A DNA stretch of 32,000 nt from Candidatus Kuenenia stuttgartensis (GTDB lineage: Bacteria > Planctomycetota > Brocadiia > Brocadiales > Brocadiaceae), in assembly GCF_900232105.1 (NCBI RefSeq), contig NZ_LT934425.1:30001-62000 (forward strand), read 5' to 3'. Position numbers and translations under genes: made by a program. The notes under the pieces are model-generated. The model saw only the letters and a program-made list of their open reading frames with translations. It was not told where the DNA came from and searched no databases. Every line of letters starts with the position of its first letter. Positions within the stretch are counted from its first letter, which is position 1. Of the stretch, positions 19,851-29,388 are shown one piece after another.

Positions 19851-21154
19851 TCTGGTGATGTCTCTGATGTTGTTCCTTCGGCAGGCTCAGGACAGGCTCT
19901 TGAGTTTGTTCAGTGATTTCGTGCTTATACCCTTATACTTGCCCTTGAAATCGTATCCGAGAAACCTGAAACCTCTTTCGAAGTTGGTGAGCTTGGTTTT
20001 ATCCTCGCTCAGCTTCATTCCAAGTTTCCCTGCAATGATTTCTTTGACATAGCTGAGGGCGGCTGGGAGTTCATCTTTTGTTTTAGTCATGACAACGAAA
20101 TCATCGGCGTATCGGACAAACTTATATCCAGCCTTTTCAAGTTCCTTGTCGATGATGTCACCGATAAGGTTTGCAAGCAAAGGGGAAATGACGCCTCCTT
20201 GCGGAGTGCCTTTGTTTGTCTCGTGCACGATGCCGTCCTCCATGACCCCTGCTTTGAGCATGTTCTCAATACTGTTCAAAACCCATCCATCAGCGATTTT
20301 CTCACGTAAGGAGTCCATAATAAGCTTATGGGGTATGGTGTCATAGAATGCCATTATATCGGCATCAAGGACGCTGGTATACCCTTCCTGCTTATACTGT
20401 TCAAGCCGTTTGATAGCATCGTGACAGCATCTGTCAGGGCGAAATCCAAAGCTGTTATCTGAGAATCCTTTCTCAAATATTGGCTCTATGATTTGCCTGA
20501 ACGCCTGCTGTACAATCCTGTCCTTAACAATGGGAATGCCAAGAGGTCTCTTGTCATGCCTGCCTTTGGGGATGTATACCCGCAGGACAGGCGCAGGGTT
20601 GTATATGGCAGTCTTGAGTTCCTGATGGATACTCATGATATTCACATCAAGATTGGACTCAAATTGCTTAATACTTACCCTGTCAAGACCAGCTTTGCCT
20701 TTATTCTTCTTTACGTGTTTGAAAGCAGCATAAAGGTTTTTCAGACTAAACACCTTGTCTCTTAATGAATGATACTTAAGCATCTCTCGATATATTCCTT
20801 TCGATTGATTACGGATAATAGACTTGTCAATCGTGTTTCCTGGGTACGGATTCTCCCAAACATAGGCAAAAACAAGAGAGGCTCTTGTTACTGCTTACCT
20901 ACGCAAAAGAGTTTCTTTTCTCATTGAACGTATTCAATCTACCACTTTCATCAATTCCACTACGGTTATGCCCCTTTCATTTCCGATTCACACCGGAAAC
21001 TATTATGAGCAATGCTGACGACTTCAAAGATAGACTTGTGAGAGAAGCTTGTCTATCACCATCTCATACAGCTCGGACTTCGGAATTTCCTTATACCTTG
21101 CTGTTAGGGAATTTTGCCCAAGACGTAAGTCCTCCCCCGGTCATATGGATTACC
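19851..21154 (-). mobile_element. Truncated group II-intron-type RT element (1,304-bp internal fragment) between the two transposon copies
   Basis: Reverse-complement copy of 27646-28949 (paired positions sum to 48800), cut at both ends exactly by transposon termini. Confidence 0.88.
19887..20783 (-). pseudogene. ltrA: Group II intron-type reverse transcriptase/maturase, 3' truncated
   Basis: MLKYHSLRDKVFSLKNLYAAFKHVKKNKGKAGLDRVSI...GTPQGGVISPLLANL...FVRYADDFVVM...FLGYDF; C-terminal maturase domain lost at the transposon boundary. Confidence 0.9.
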
Positions 21155-21560
21155 TGCTACGTCTTAGAATAAATGCTCCAAAAATGCCCAATTAGTCTCA
21201 GAATATTTGAGTCTAATACCCAGCAAATGATTTGAAAAATCTTACCCAGCTACCCCGCCTTTTTTTTATCCTGCGTAAGTATTTCACTTGATTTTTTGTT
21301 CACGTTAAGAAAAATACATCGTTTACCCCGTTAGAAAGAAGTTCCGTCCGTAAGGCGGAGTAAAGCCTCATTAAATAGTTTGGAAGGGGTTAAAACCACT
21401 TCCAAACTTCCTAACGGCGGTTTACTTCCCAGTTCCCCGTTTTCACGAGGACAAGTTTTGTAAGATTTTTCCGGAACATAAAAAACTCAGGGCAGGAGGA
21501 CCGAACGTTGGGAAACTTCATCCTCCTGCCCATTTCCCCCCTATACAAAGGAGGCAGTGC

Positions 21561-22199
21561 GTGAATATTATAGAAAAAATCCACAAGCATGAAAAGCTTA
21601 TTGCGACAAAACAGAAGCCATGCTTTTGTCCAAAGTGCAAGAGTACCCATGTCAATTTCACCCTTCATGAATGCAGATATCGGTTGTTTCACGTTATTAT
21701 CGACTCCCTTGTTCATACGATAGAATCTTTCCTGGGACGTTGGAAATGTTCCTTGTGCAAGAAGACGTTTACTTCCTATCCTGAGTATGCGCTCCCTTAC
21801 AAGCGGTACGTAAAGGATCACTGTCTCTCCTTCAGTCAGGCTTATGTCAAAGATGATACAGAAACCTACCGGAGTGTCTCCTCTGCCATCGGATATACTA
21901 CCCGAACACAGGAAATAGACAACCGCATGCTTGCCTGGTCAACCGTTTGGAGGTGGCTGCGTTTCTTTGGCTCACTGAAATACACACTCCGCAACGCCTT
22001 TGACCTCATCAGGCAGGCCGACCCCAACTCTCCGGTTTTTCGCCAAATGTTTCCCATTTACCACGGAAAGTATAAAAGCAAACAACGAAAAACCTCCCTC
22101 GATCAATCGATTCAATTGTTCAGCGCCGAGCCGGAATATCACCGAATTTTTGGGCATTCATTTTTCCCCGAACTGGCAACAAAAAGCGGCTGGTCTTGA
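21561..22199 (+). CDS. Zinc-ribbon protein (DUF6431-like) of copy 2
   Basis: Translated sequence identical to 18806-19444. Confidence 0.6.
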   Translation: MNIIEKIHKHEKLIATKQKPCFCPKCKSTHVNFTLHECRYRLFHVIIDSLVHTIESFLGRWKCSLCKKTFTSYPEYALPYKRYVKDHCLSFSQAYVKDDTETYRSVSSAIGYTTRTQEIDNRMLAWSTVWRWLRFFGSLKYTLRNAFDLIRQADPNSPVFRQMFPIYHGKYKSKQRKTSLDQSIQLFSAEPEYHRIFGHSFFPELATKSGWS

Positions 22200-22237
22200 G
22201 TTACAATCACCTCCACACTTAAAAAAGGAGGTGAATT

Positions 22238-23798
22238 ATGAAATCGAAAGACGAAAAATGGGCTTTATTCTGGTGCAATCTTCTGCATCCTGTCATCTTC
22301 GGTGAGATTGAGAAGGAGCAGACCAACCTTTTTCTGAAAAAACTCTGCCTTCAGGAGGTCGTATTCCCCAACGGAAAGCGGAAAAGACCCACTATCTCTA
22401 CCCTCAGGAGAAAACTCAACCGCTACCGCAAAGATGGATTTCAATCTCTTGCAAGAAAGGCGAGGAGCGACCGTGGCGCATCCAGAAGGTTTTCTCCTGA
22501 AATTATCGACAAAGCCGTTGAACTCAAAAAAGAACAACCACGCCGCAGCGACGATTGCCTCAACCGCTTTCTTGAGAAATACTATGGGAAAACGATCCCC
22601 AAATCCACCCTCTACCGCCATCTCAGACTCGCAGGGGCGACCCGGCTCAAACTCGGCGTCTCACAGCAAAAGGTGCGTATACGCTCTTAGCCGTGAGCAT
22701 ACCCACGACCTCTGGATTGGCGACTTCCAGGAAGGCCCTTTCGTGCTCGTTGACGGCGAGGCGCTTCCCACAAACCTCTGTCTCTTTATCGACTGCTACA
22801 GCCGTTATGTGGTCGAAGGACGGTATTATCTCAAACAAACCCTCGATATCCTTATCGATTCTCTCATCAGGGCCTGGACTATCCACGGCTCGCCCAAAGA
22901 ACTCTACCTCGACAATGCCAAGGTCTACCACTCTGACGCCCTGCGCTCTGCCTGTTACAACCTCGGCATTAAACTCATCCACAGACCACCACGCGACCCT
23001 GCTCCCGGCGGACTGGTCGAACGTTTCTTCGGCACCAGCCAGACATAGTTCGAGTCGGAAGTCCGCTCCGGCGACATTATCACCCTTGATGCCATTAACC
23101 AGGCCTTCTCCGCTTACCTTGCCGTTGTCTATCACGCAAGAATCCACTCCGAAACCAATCAATCTCCAAAACAACGCTACGACGAGGGGCTTACCGTCAT
23201 CCGACACGTCGATATGGACGCCGCTCTTGCCTTCTTCATGAAACGCATCCCCAGAACCGTTGACAGAACCTTTGCCGATGTCCGCATTGATAACCGCTTT
23301 TACCGTGTTGACCCCAAACTCAGAGGCGATAAAGTAGAAGTCCGTTACGACCCATACGGCGATCTCAAAAAGGTCTTGATCTATTCCGCAAACGGTGAAT
23401 ACCTCGGCTCGGGAAATCTCTACCTGCGCGACCAGGGCGCTGAAACTCCAGCCGCCTCACCTTCAAAACCAAAACATAATTACCTCGACCTTATCACTCA
23501 GAAACACAAATCCATTCTCCAGGCTCAGGCCAAAGGCATTGATTACCACCAAATCATCTCCGAACGACCCTGGCCATTCATGGCATTCGTCCAGAAACTC
23601 GCACTCCTCATGGGACACAAAGGCTCTCTCTCCGCCTTCAGCTCTCATGAACTCGAATCGCTTAAAAAATGCTACAACCGTATCCCCGCTCTCAACGAAT
23701 CATTGCTCACGGAGGCATTCCAAAATGCCTCCGTGAAAACCTTACCCTATATCATTCGTGAATTACAAATCGCTTACTCGAAAAAGGAGGTCTCTTAA
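22238..23798 (+). pseudogene. DDE transposase of copy 2: same frame break as copy 1 plus a premature TAG
   Basis: Frame 1 part 22238-22690; +1 frame part 22434-23048 ends ...VERFFGTSQT* where copy 1 reads SQTQFES; same frame resumes in 23214-23798. Confidence 0.88.
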
Positions 23799-23800
23799 CC

Positions 23801-24592
23801 ATGTTTACTTCTCATTTTTCCATGACTACTCAGCCGTTCTCTGAAAGAATCAACACCAGCCTTATCATGAAAGACGAACGCTTTACCCAGGGGCTTGCAC
23901 GACTCCAATACCTCTTACACTCAGGCTCTATCGCCGTCCTCTACGGACAGACGGGAGTCGGAAAATCCACACTCCTCAAACTCTTCCTCTCACAAATCCC
24001 CCAAAACCTGTTTCTCCCCATCTACCTCCATTTTACCCACCTAAAATCATCCAGCCTTCTCTCCTTAATCGTCTCCCAGCTCGGTGAAATACCAAAACAC
24101 ACCAAAGACCGGCTCTTCCTCCAAATTATGGATAAATCCTTGCGCTCAAATCTCACTCCCATTATCGTTATCGACGAGGCTCATCTCCTGAAAACCGACG
24201 CCATCACAGACCTCAGACTCCTTGTCAGCTCTCCGCTTGATTCTTCCACTCATCTCAAAATCATCCTCTCGGGACAGGAACACCTCAAATATATCCTCAA
24301 AAGAGACATCCATGCCGACTTCGCACAACGCATCTCGGTACATTACCACATTCATCCCCTTACTAAAACTCAAACCGCTGCATACATAGACTTCCATCTG
24401 AAATCTTCCGGCGCATCCGATAAAATCTTTGACTCAGACGTCAAAGACCTGATCCATGAGTTCTCCGCCGGCATCCCAAGGCAAATCAACGCCATTTCCA
24501 CCGCCTGCCTGATTAACGCTTCCATCAGACAATCACAGAAAATTACCCAGGATATCTTCCATCAGGCTCTTGCTGAAATTCAATCTTTTTAA
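23801..24592 (+). CDS. AAA family ATPase, transposition helper (copy 2)
   Basis: Translated sequence identical to 16413-17204. Confidence 0.85.
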   Translation: MFTSHFSMTTQPFSERINTSLIMKDERFTQGLARLQYLLHSGSIAVLYGQTGVGKSTLLKLFLSQIPQNLFLPIYLHFTHLKSSSLLSLIVSQLGEIPKHTKDRLFLQIMDKSLRSNLTPIIVIDEAHLLKTDAITDLRLLVSSPLDSSTHLKIILSGQEHLKYILKRDIHADFAQRISVHYHIHPLTKTQTAAYIDFHLKSSGASDKIFDSDVKDLIHEFSAGIPRQINAISTACLINASIRQSQKITQDIFHQALAEIQSF

Positions 24593-24603
24593 GGAGGTCT
24601 ACC

Positions 24604-24906
24604 ATGGCCCGTCTCTTTTCCCCTCAACTCTTGCGCTCATTACGAAACGATATCCCCATCGATCGACTCATCGCTGATGTCCTCTCCATACCTCATAAAT
24701 ACTCCGAAGGCTATTTCCGCTTCCTCTGCCCTCTCTGTTCTGAATTTAATTCCGCCACCAACCCAAATACGAACCTCGCCAGGTGTTTCCGTTGTAAAAA
24801 AAACTTTAATACCATCGACATCGTCATGGTAGATTCCAACTCCTCTTTCCCAGATGCTGTCTATCTGCTAAAATCCGTTTTACCTCAATATATTAATTCC
24901 ACTTAA
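24604..24906 (+). CDS. Small CHC2/DnaG-like zinc-finger protein (copy 2)
   Basis: Translated sequence identical to 16099-16401. Confidence 0.6.
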   Translation: MARLFSPQLLRSLRNDIPIDRLIADVLSIPHKYSEGYFRFLCPLCSEFNSATNPNTNLARCFRCKKNFNTIDIVMVDSNSSFPDAVYLLKSVLPQYINST

Positions 24907-25097
24907 TCTGAGAATTCCAGGTTCATTTATTGTGGGGCTTAGCAGTTAAGCCTTTCCCGCTCATCTCTGCCTTGATTTTCGGTTGTCTTTTGCTGTATTT
25001 TTTTGCTATATTCTTCATCGAAATGGTGAATCTCCTTTCAGGTGTTTTTTGTTATCAATATACCGCCGAATACCTTGGAAATCCTACCATTTCAATC

Positions 25098-25325
25098 CTA
25101 TTCCTGCAACAAGGCTTTGCCTTGTTTGCAGGATTTAGGTTTAATTATTTCGCTTATCTCTCCAACCGTAAGACCGCTACTGAACATTTGCCAGATCCGC
25201 AGTCCTGTTTCATTTAAGGTGAAGTACATCTTCGTGCCCAGATGGAGAAGGACGGCCTCTTTGCCCTCTAATTCAGTAATAACAACATCAGGGTCAGGCG
25301 TTACCCTATAATTTAACTCCAGCAT
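25098..25325 (-). pseudogene. PqqD-like peptide-binding protein, C-terminus apparently replaced
   Basis: MLELNYRVTPDPDVVITELEGKEAVLLHLGTKMYFTLNETGLRIWQMFSSGLTVGEISEI resembles PqqD; the tail IIKPKSCKQGKALLQE is encoded by a palindromic sequence and the usual C-terminal helix is absent. Confidence 0.68.
25103..25132. repeat. Short palindromic element at the pqqD-like 3' end
   Basis: CCTGCAACAAGGC ttt GCCTTGTTTGCAGG (one-base bulge), flanked by tccta/atttagg. Confidence 0.65.
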
Positions 25326-25470
25326 CTTTTATCAACCTCCTTTTCAGTATTTCTCGTAATTATTCAATATGAAGTGAAAGACCTCCCATCCCTTCCTATC
25401 TGCGAAGGAGGGGAGATAAGAAGTCCCCCCTTCAAGAGGGGATTTAGGAGTGTGTTTAATAATCTTGATA

Positions 25471-26502
25471 TTATGCAAATATCACTTCCGTCCAAACCAT
25501 GCGAGACCAGGGGTTTCCCGAAAACTCTTTCAGCCAGTCTACCTTCTTAAAATAATTCAAACAGAACCAACAGGGAAAATAATCTGAATCTCTAAATTTA
25601 CCATTGCTGTAGTGTTCAAGCTTCTCTTTTTGAAATTTCCCACTAGCCTCAACCAAACTTACATAAGCCTCAGAAAAACTCATCTCATTCAAATTGCCTA
25701 TTATATCATCGTTTCCCACATCTTCTCCATGTCCCGATAAATTACAGCACATGGTGACATTGCCTCGCCAGTCGATGTTAATCTCTTCCATTTTAAGCGA
25801 AGCGCAAGGAAAGAGTTCGGTCGTATAGTATCCCGATGCCATAACAATAGGAATGGAAAATGTTTTCTGGAGCTGACAGATGATAGTTTCTGTTTGCCTT
25901 CTTTCTATCGGCGAAATGTCCATATTTTCTGATACGATTCGGGGAGTTGAAATAAGATGGCCAAGCCTGAGTCCCCGGCCTCCCAGTTTTGCTGCAAGCA
26001 TGGCTATTTCATTTAATTCACCCCGACTGTGGGACGTAATGACCGTATTGAAGGTGAAGGGAATATCTTTTACCACGCAAATGCTTACTGCCTGCATCAC
26101 CCGGCGATACGAACCCTTTCCACGAAGCATGTCATGTGTTTCCTCCCTTGCACCTTCTAAACTAAAGGTAATTCCAGTAAGACTATTAAGATGCGGGAGC
26201 AACTTCTCATAAATTCGGGTAAAATTCCAACCATTTGTTACAAAGCCAAAGTTATATCCAGCTTCTGATACCATCGTGAGCATCTCGGTAAATCCGGGAT
26301 GCAACGTTGGCTCTCCGCCAGTAAAGGAGATGTAATCAAAGCCATGCCCCCTGGCATTCCGGAGAATTCTTTCTAAGATTTCTATTTTCAGGTCTCCGTC
26401 ACCACTATGCCTTCCATCAAGGCAATGATGGCAACTTAAATTACAGCGATTGGTAAGTTCTATCAATATTCCCGGCATTGTAGTATTACTGTATAAAAGC
26501 AT
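25471..26502 (-). CDS. Radical SAM protein (peptide-modifying/SPASM-like)
   Basis: 343 aa; LTNRCNLSCHHCLDG (CxxxCxxC), YISFTGGEPTLHPGF, C-terminal Cys cluster INIDWRGNVTMCCNLSG...YFPCWFCLNYF. Confidence 0.88.
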   Translation of the reverse strand: MLLYSNTTMPGILIELTNRCNLSCHHCLDGRHSGDGDLKIEILERILRNARGHGFDYISFTGGEPTLHPGFTEMLTMVSEAGYNFGFVTNGWNFTRIYEKLLPHLNSLTGITFSLEGAREETHDMLRGKGSYRRVMQAVSICVVKDIPFTFNTVITSHSRGELNEIAMLAAKLGGRGLRLGHLISTPRIVSENMDISPIERRQTETIICQLQKTFSIPIVMASGYYTTELFPCASLKMEEINIDWRGNVTMCCNLSGHGEDVGNDDIIGNLNEMSFSEAYVSLVEASGKFQKEKLEHYSNGKFRDSDYFPCWFCLNYFKKVDWLKEFSGNPWSRMVWTEVIFA

Positions 26503-26943
26503 CTCTTCAGCGTAAATATTACACGATTCCCAACGGTTTCAGGTTTACAACCGTTCGGCTGGGCTCACGACGAAGCCTGAACCTATGAGTTTATGCGTAT
26601 AATGGAGCTATGTACAGCAATAAAACCCCAACTCTTAACCACGGAACACTAGGAATACACGGAAGCTTGCTATAATAAAATCAGTCAGGGTGCATTTTAG
26701 ATTTTTTGTAGAAAAGCTTATTATTTATGCAGAATAGGTAGCTCGGAGCAGACCCATCAATAAACTAGATGGGGAAAAACAAATGTCTAATATTGAACTA
26801 GTCCTAAAACAAGCGTAATTTTTTAATCTGAGAGAGTTAAAGTAGGTTGAAAAGCCTGAATTTACTGGTTAAGATAGTGATATGTAAAAATTCCGATAAC
26901 CAGAAAAAGGGGCATTTCAGACCTGTACTGAGCTTGTCGAAGC

Positions 26944-27384
26944 ATGAGTAAAATAGCAGCAAGAAAATATAACAAGATATTGAGAAGAAAGAAACGGAAA
27001 ATAGAGAAACGGTTAAAGAGAAAGCAATGGGGAGATCAGAAGCATCCGATGTTCACGGCAAAGAACATTCATTACGAGATAGCCGCGAATAGCCAGGCAA
27101 TTGCCTGTGGTGGTATAGGCGTAATCCATCAAATGGCAATAAGAAGTGGATTGGTAAAAGAGATAGACGAGAATCTTGAGTTACTCAAAAGGCATATACC
27201 GTATCATGAATCGGATCATATATTGAATATAGCGTACAATGTGCTTTCAGGGAATGTGCGGTTAGAAGACATAGAGTTGCATCGGCAAGACAGCGGCTAT
27301 TTGGATGCGTTGGGTGCAGAGCGGATGTGTGCCTTGAAGTATGGAATACCTGAGTGGTTGAAAATACCACCTCTGCGAGCCTAA
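26944..27384 (+). pseudogene. IS1380-family transposase, N-terminal fragment
   Basis: LLKRHIPYHESDHILNIAYNVLSGNVRLEDIELHRQDSGYLDALGAERM resembles the IS1380 N-terminal region; catalytic part absent, ORF ends where the RT-element sequence begins. Confidence 0.7.
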
Positions 27385-29207
27385 TCCTCGTAGAGAAGTT
27401 TGTGCCTATGCGCACACAATGGAGCAATCCGTATGCGTAGAAAGATAGCATATACCCGTGAGGGGTATGACGGAGTTACGAGGTACAGACGACCTTTTGG
27501 GGTGTATGAGTGTGGCGTGTTATTCCGTGCCAACTGCCATTTCTCAGCGAAGCACTGACAATGTCCTTTGTTGGAGATGGATAAACAGATTAAGTAAAAC
27601 CATCTCTGGTTAATGCGTTTGAACATACATCACGAAGGGAAAAGGGGTAATCCATATGACCGGGGGAGGACTTACGCCTTGGGCAAAATTCCCTAACAGC
27701 AAGGTATAAGGAAATTCCGAAGTCCGAGCTGTATGAGATGGTGATAGACAAGCTTCTCTCACAAGTCTATCTTTGAAGTCGTCAGCATTGCTCATAATAG
27801 TTTCCGGTGTGAATCGGAAATGAAAGGGGCATAACCGTAGTGGAATTGATGAAAGTGGTAGATTGAATACGTTCAATGAGAAAAGAAACTCTTTTGCGTA
27901 GGTAAGCAGTAACAAGAGCCTCTCTTGTTTTTGCCTATGTTTGGGAGAATCCGTACCCAGGAAACACGATTGACAAGTCTATTATCCGTAATCAATCGAA
28001 AGGAATATATCGAGAGATGCTTAAGTATCATTCATTAAGAGACAAGGTGTTTAGTCTGAAAAACCTTTATGCTGCTTTCAAACACGTAAAGAAGAATAAA
28101 GGCAAAGCTGGTCTTGACAGGGTAAGTATTAAGCAATTTGAGTCCAATCTTGATGTGAATATCATGAGTATCCATCAGGAACTCAAGACTGCCATATACA
28201 ACCCTGCGCCTGTCCTGCGGGTATACATCCCCAAAGGCAGGCATGACAAGAGACCTCTTGGCATTCCCATTGTTAAGGACAGGATTGTACAGCAGGCGTT
28301 CAGGCAAATCATAGAGCCAATATTTGAGAAAGGATTCTCAGATAACAGCTTTGGATTTCGCCCTGACAGATGCTGTCACGATGCTATCAAACGGCTTGAA
28401 CAGTATAAGCAGGAAGGGTATACCAGCGTCCTTGATGCCGATATAATGGCATTCTATGACACCATACCCCATAAGCTTATTATGGACTCCTTACGTGAGA
28501 AAATTGCTGATGGATGGGTTTTGAACAGTATTGAGAACATGCTCAAGGCAGGGGTCATGGAGGACGGCATCGTGCACGAGACAAACAAAGGCACTCCGCA
28601 AGGAGGCGTCATTTCCCCTTTGCTTGCAAACCTTATCGGTGACATCATCGACAAGGAACTTGAAAAGGCTGGATATAAGTTTGTCCGATACGCCGATGAT
28701 TTCGTTGTCATGACTAAAACAAAAGATGAACTCCCAGCCGCCCTCAGCTATGTCAAAGAAATCATTGCAGGGAAACTTGGAATGAAGCTGAGCGAGGATA
28801 AAACCAAGCTCACCAACTTCGAAAGAGGTTTCAGGTTTCTCGGATACGATTTCAAGGGCAAGTATAAGGGTATAAGCACGAAATCACTGAACAAACTCAA
28901 GAGCCTGTCCTGAGCCTGCCGAAGGAACAACATCAGAGACATCACCAGACGTACACAGGGCGTCAATCTGCAAGCCATTGTTGATACATTAAACCCTGTA
29001 ATTCGTGGGCATGTCAACTATTTTCGGCTGGGCAATGTACAAAAGGTATATCGCTCATTAGACTGTTGGGTACGCATGAGACTGAGATGTTTCAAGTTCT
29101 CAAGAAAATGGAGAACAGACAACAAGCGTTTCCCTGTTCACCGATTCTTTAAAATGGGGTTACTCTCATTCGAAAGAGAATTTCTTAAGGCGTGTGCTAA
29201 AGCATGA
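27385..29207 (+). mobile_element. Group II-intron-type RT element (approximate limits; intron ends and domain V not identified)
   Basis: About 630 nt of non-coding leader, then intron-type RT/maturase; internal 27646-28949 is duplicated at 19851-21154. Limits are approximate. Confidence 0.5.
28017..29207 (+). pseudogene. ltrA: Group II intron reverse transcriptase/maturase with one in-frame TGA (28911-28913)
   Basis: 28017-28913 encodes the RT core (YADDFV). The same frame continues after the TGA as ACRRNNIRDITRRTQGVNLQAIVDTLNPVIRGHVNYFRLGNVQKVYRSLDCWVRMRLRCFKFSRKW...FFKMGLLSFEREFLKACAKA* to 29207, a typical GIIM C-terminus. Length 1,191 nt is a multiple of 3. Confidence 0.85.
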
Positions 29208-29388
29208 TGTTTGACTTTTCTCTGTTATAGAGCAACACTTCGGGGTCGCTGACTACGAGAAAGACGTATGGTTTAAAAAGGATGCTTTGTCACGTTGTCC
29301 AAAGTATCTGGCGACGAGTGGGGGTTGGAGGCTAATGGCCTCCAGCCTACCAGCTATAACGTTTCATTAAAATATCTACATTGATACC

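Larger units (their letters stand above)
21155..24944 (+). mobile_element. Transposon copy 2 (3,790 bp), inverted relative to copy 1
   Basis: Starts TGCTACGTCTTAGAATAAATGCTCC at 21155 and ends ...CATTTATTGTGGGGCTTAGCA at 24944; same four ORFs as copy 1 in mirror order. Confidence 0.9.

Noticed and set aside
20885-21172. Plus-strand 95-aa ORF (and its counterpart 27610-27915 minus, MLLLTYAKEFLFSLNVFNLPL...)
   Set aside because: Antisense to the non-coding leader of the intron-type element. The similarity is due to duplicated structured DNA, and no protein family is recognisable.
16061-24944. Interpreting the whole 8.9-kb block as one composite transposon unit
   Set aside because: Outer ends are both the left-type terminus, but flanking bases (CCCGC versus GTTAA) give no target duplication, so movement as a unit is not supported here.
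28454-28711. Antisense ORFs inside the intron RT (85, 90, 89 aa and mirror copies)
   Set aside because: Opposite strand of a well-supported RT gene with no independent support.
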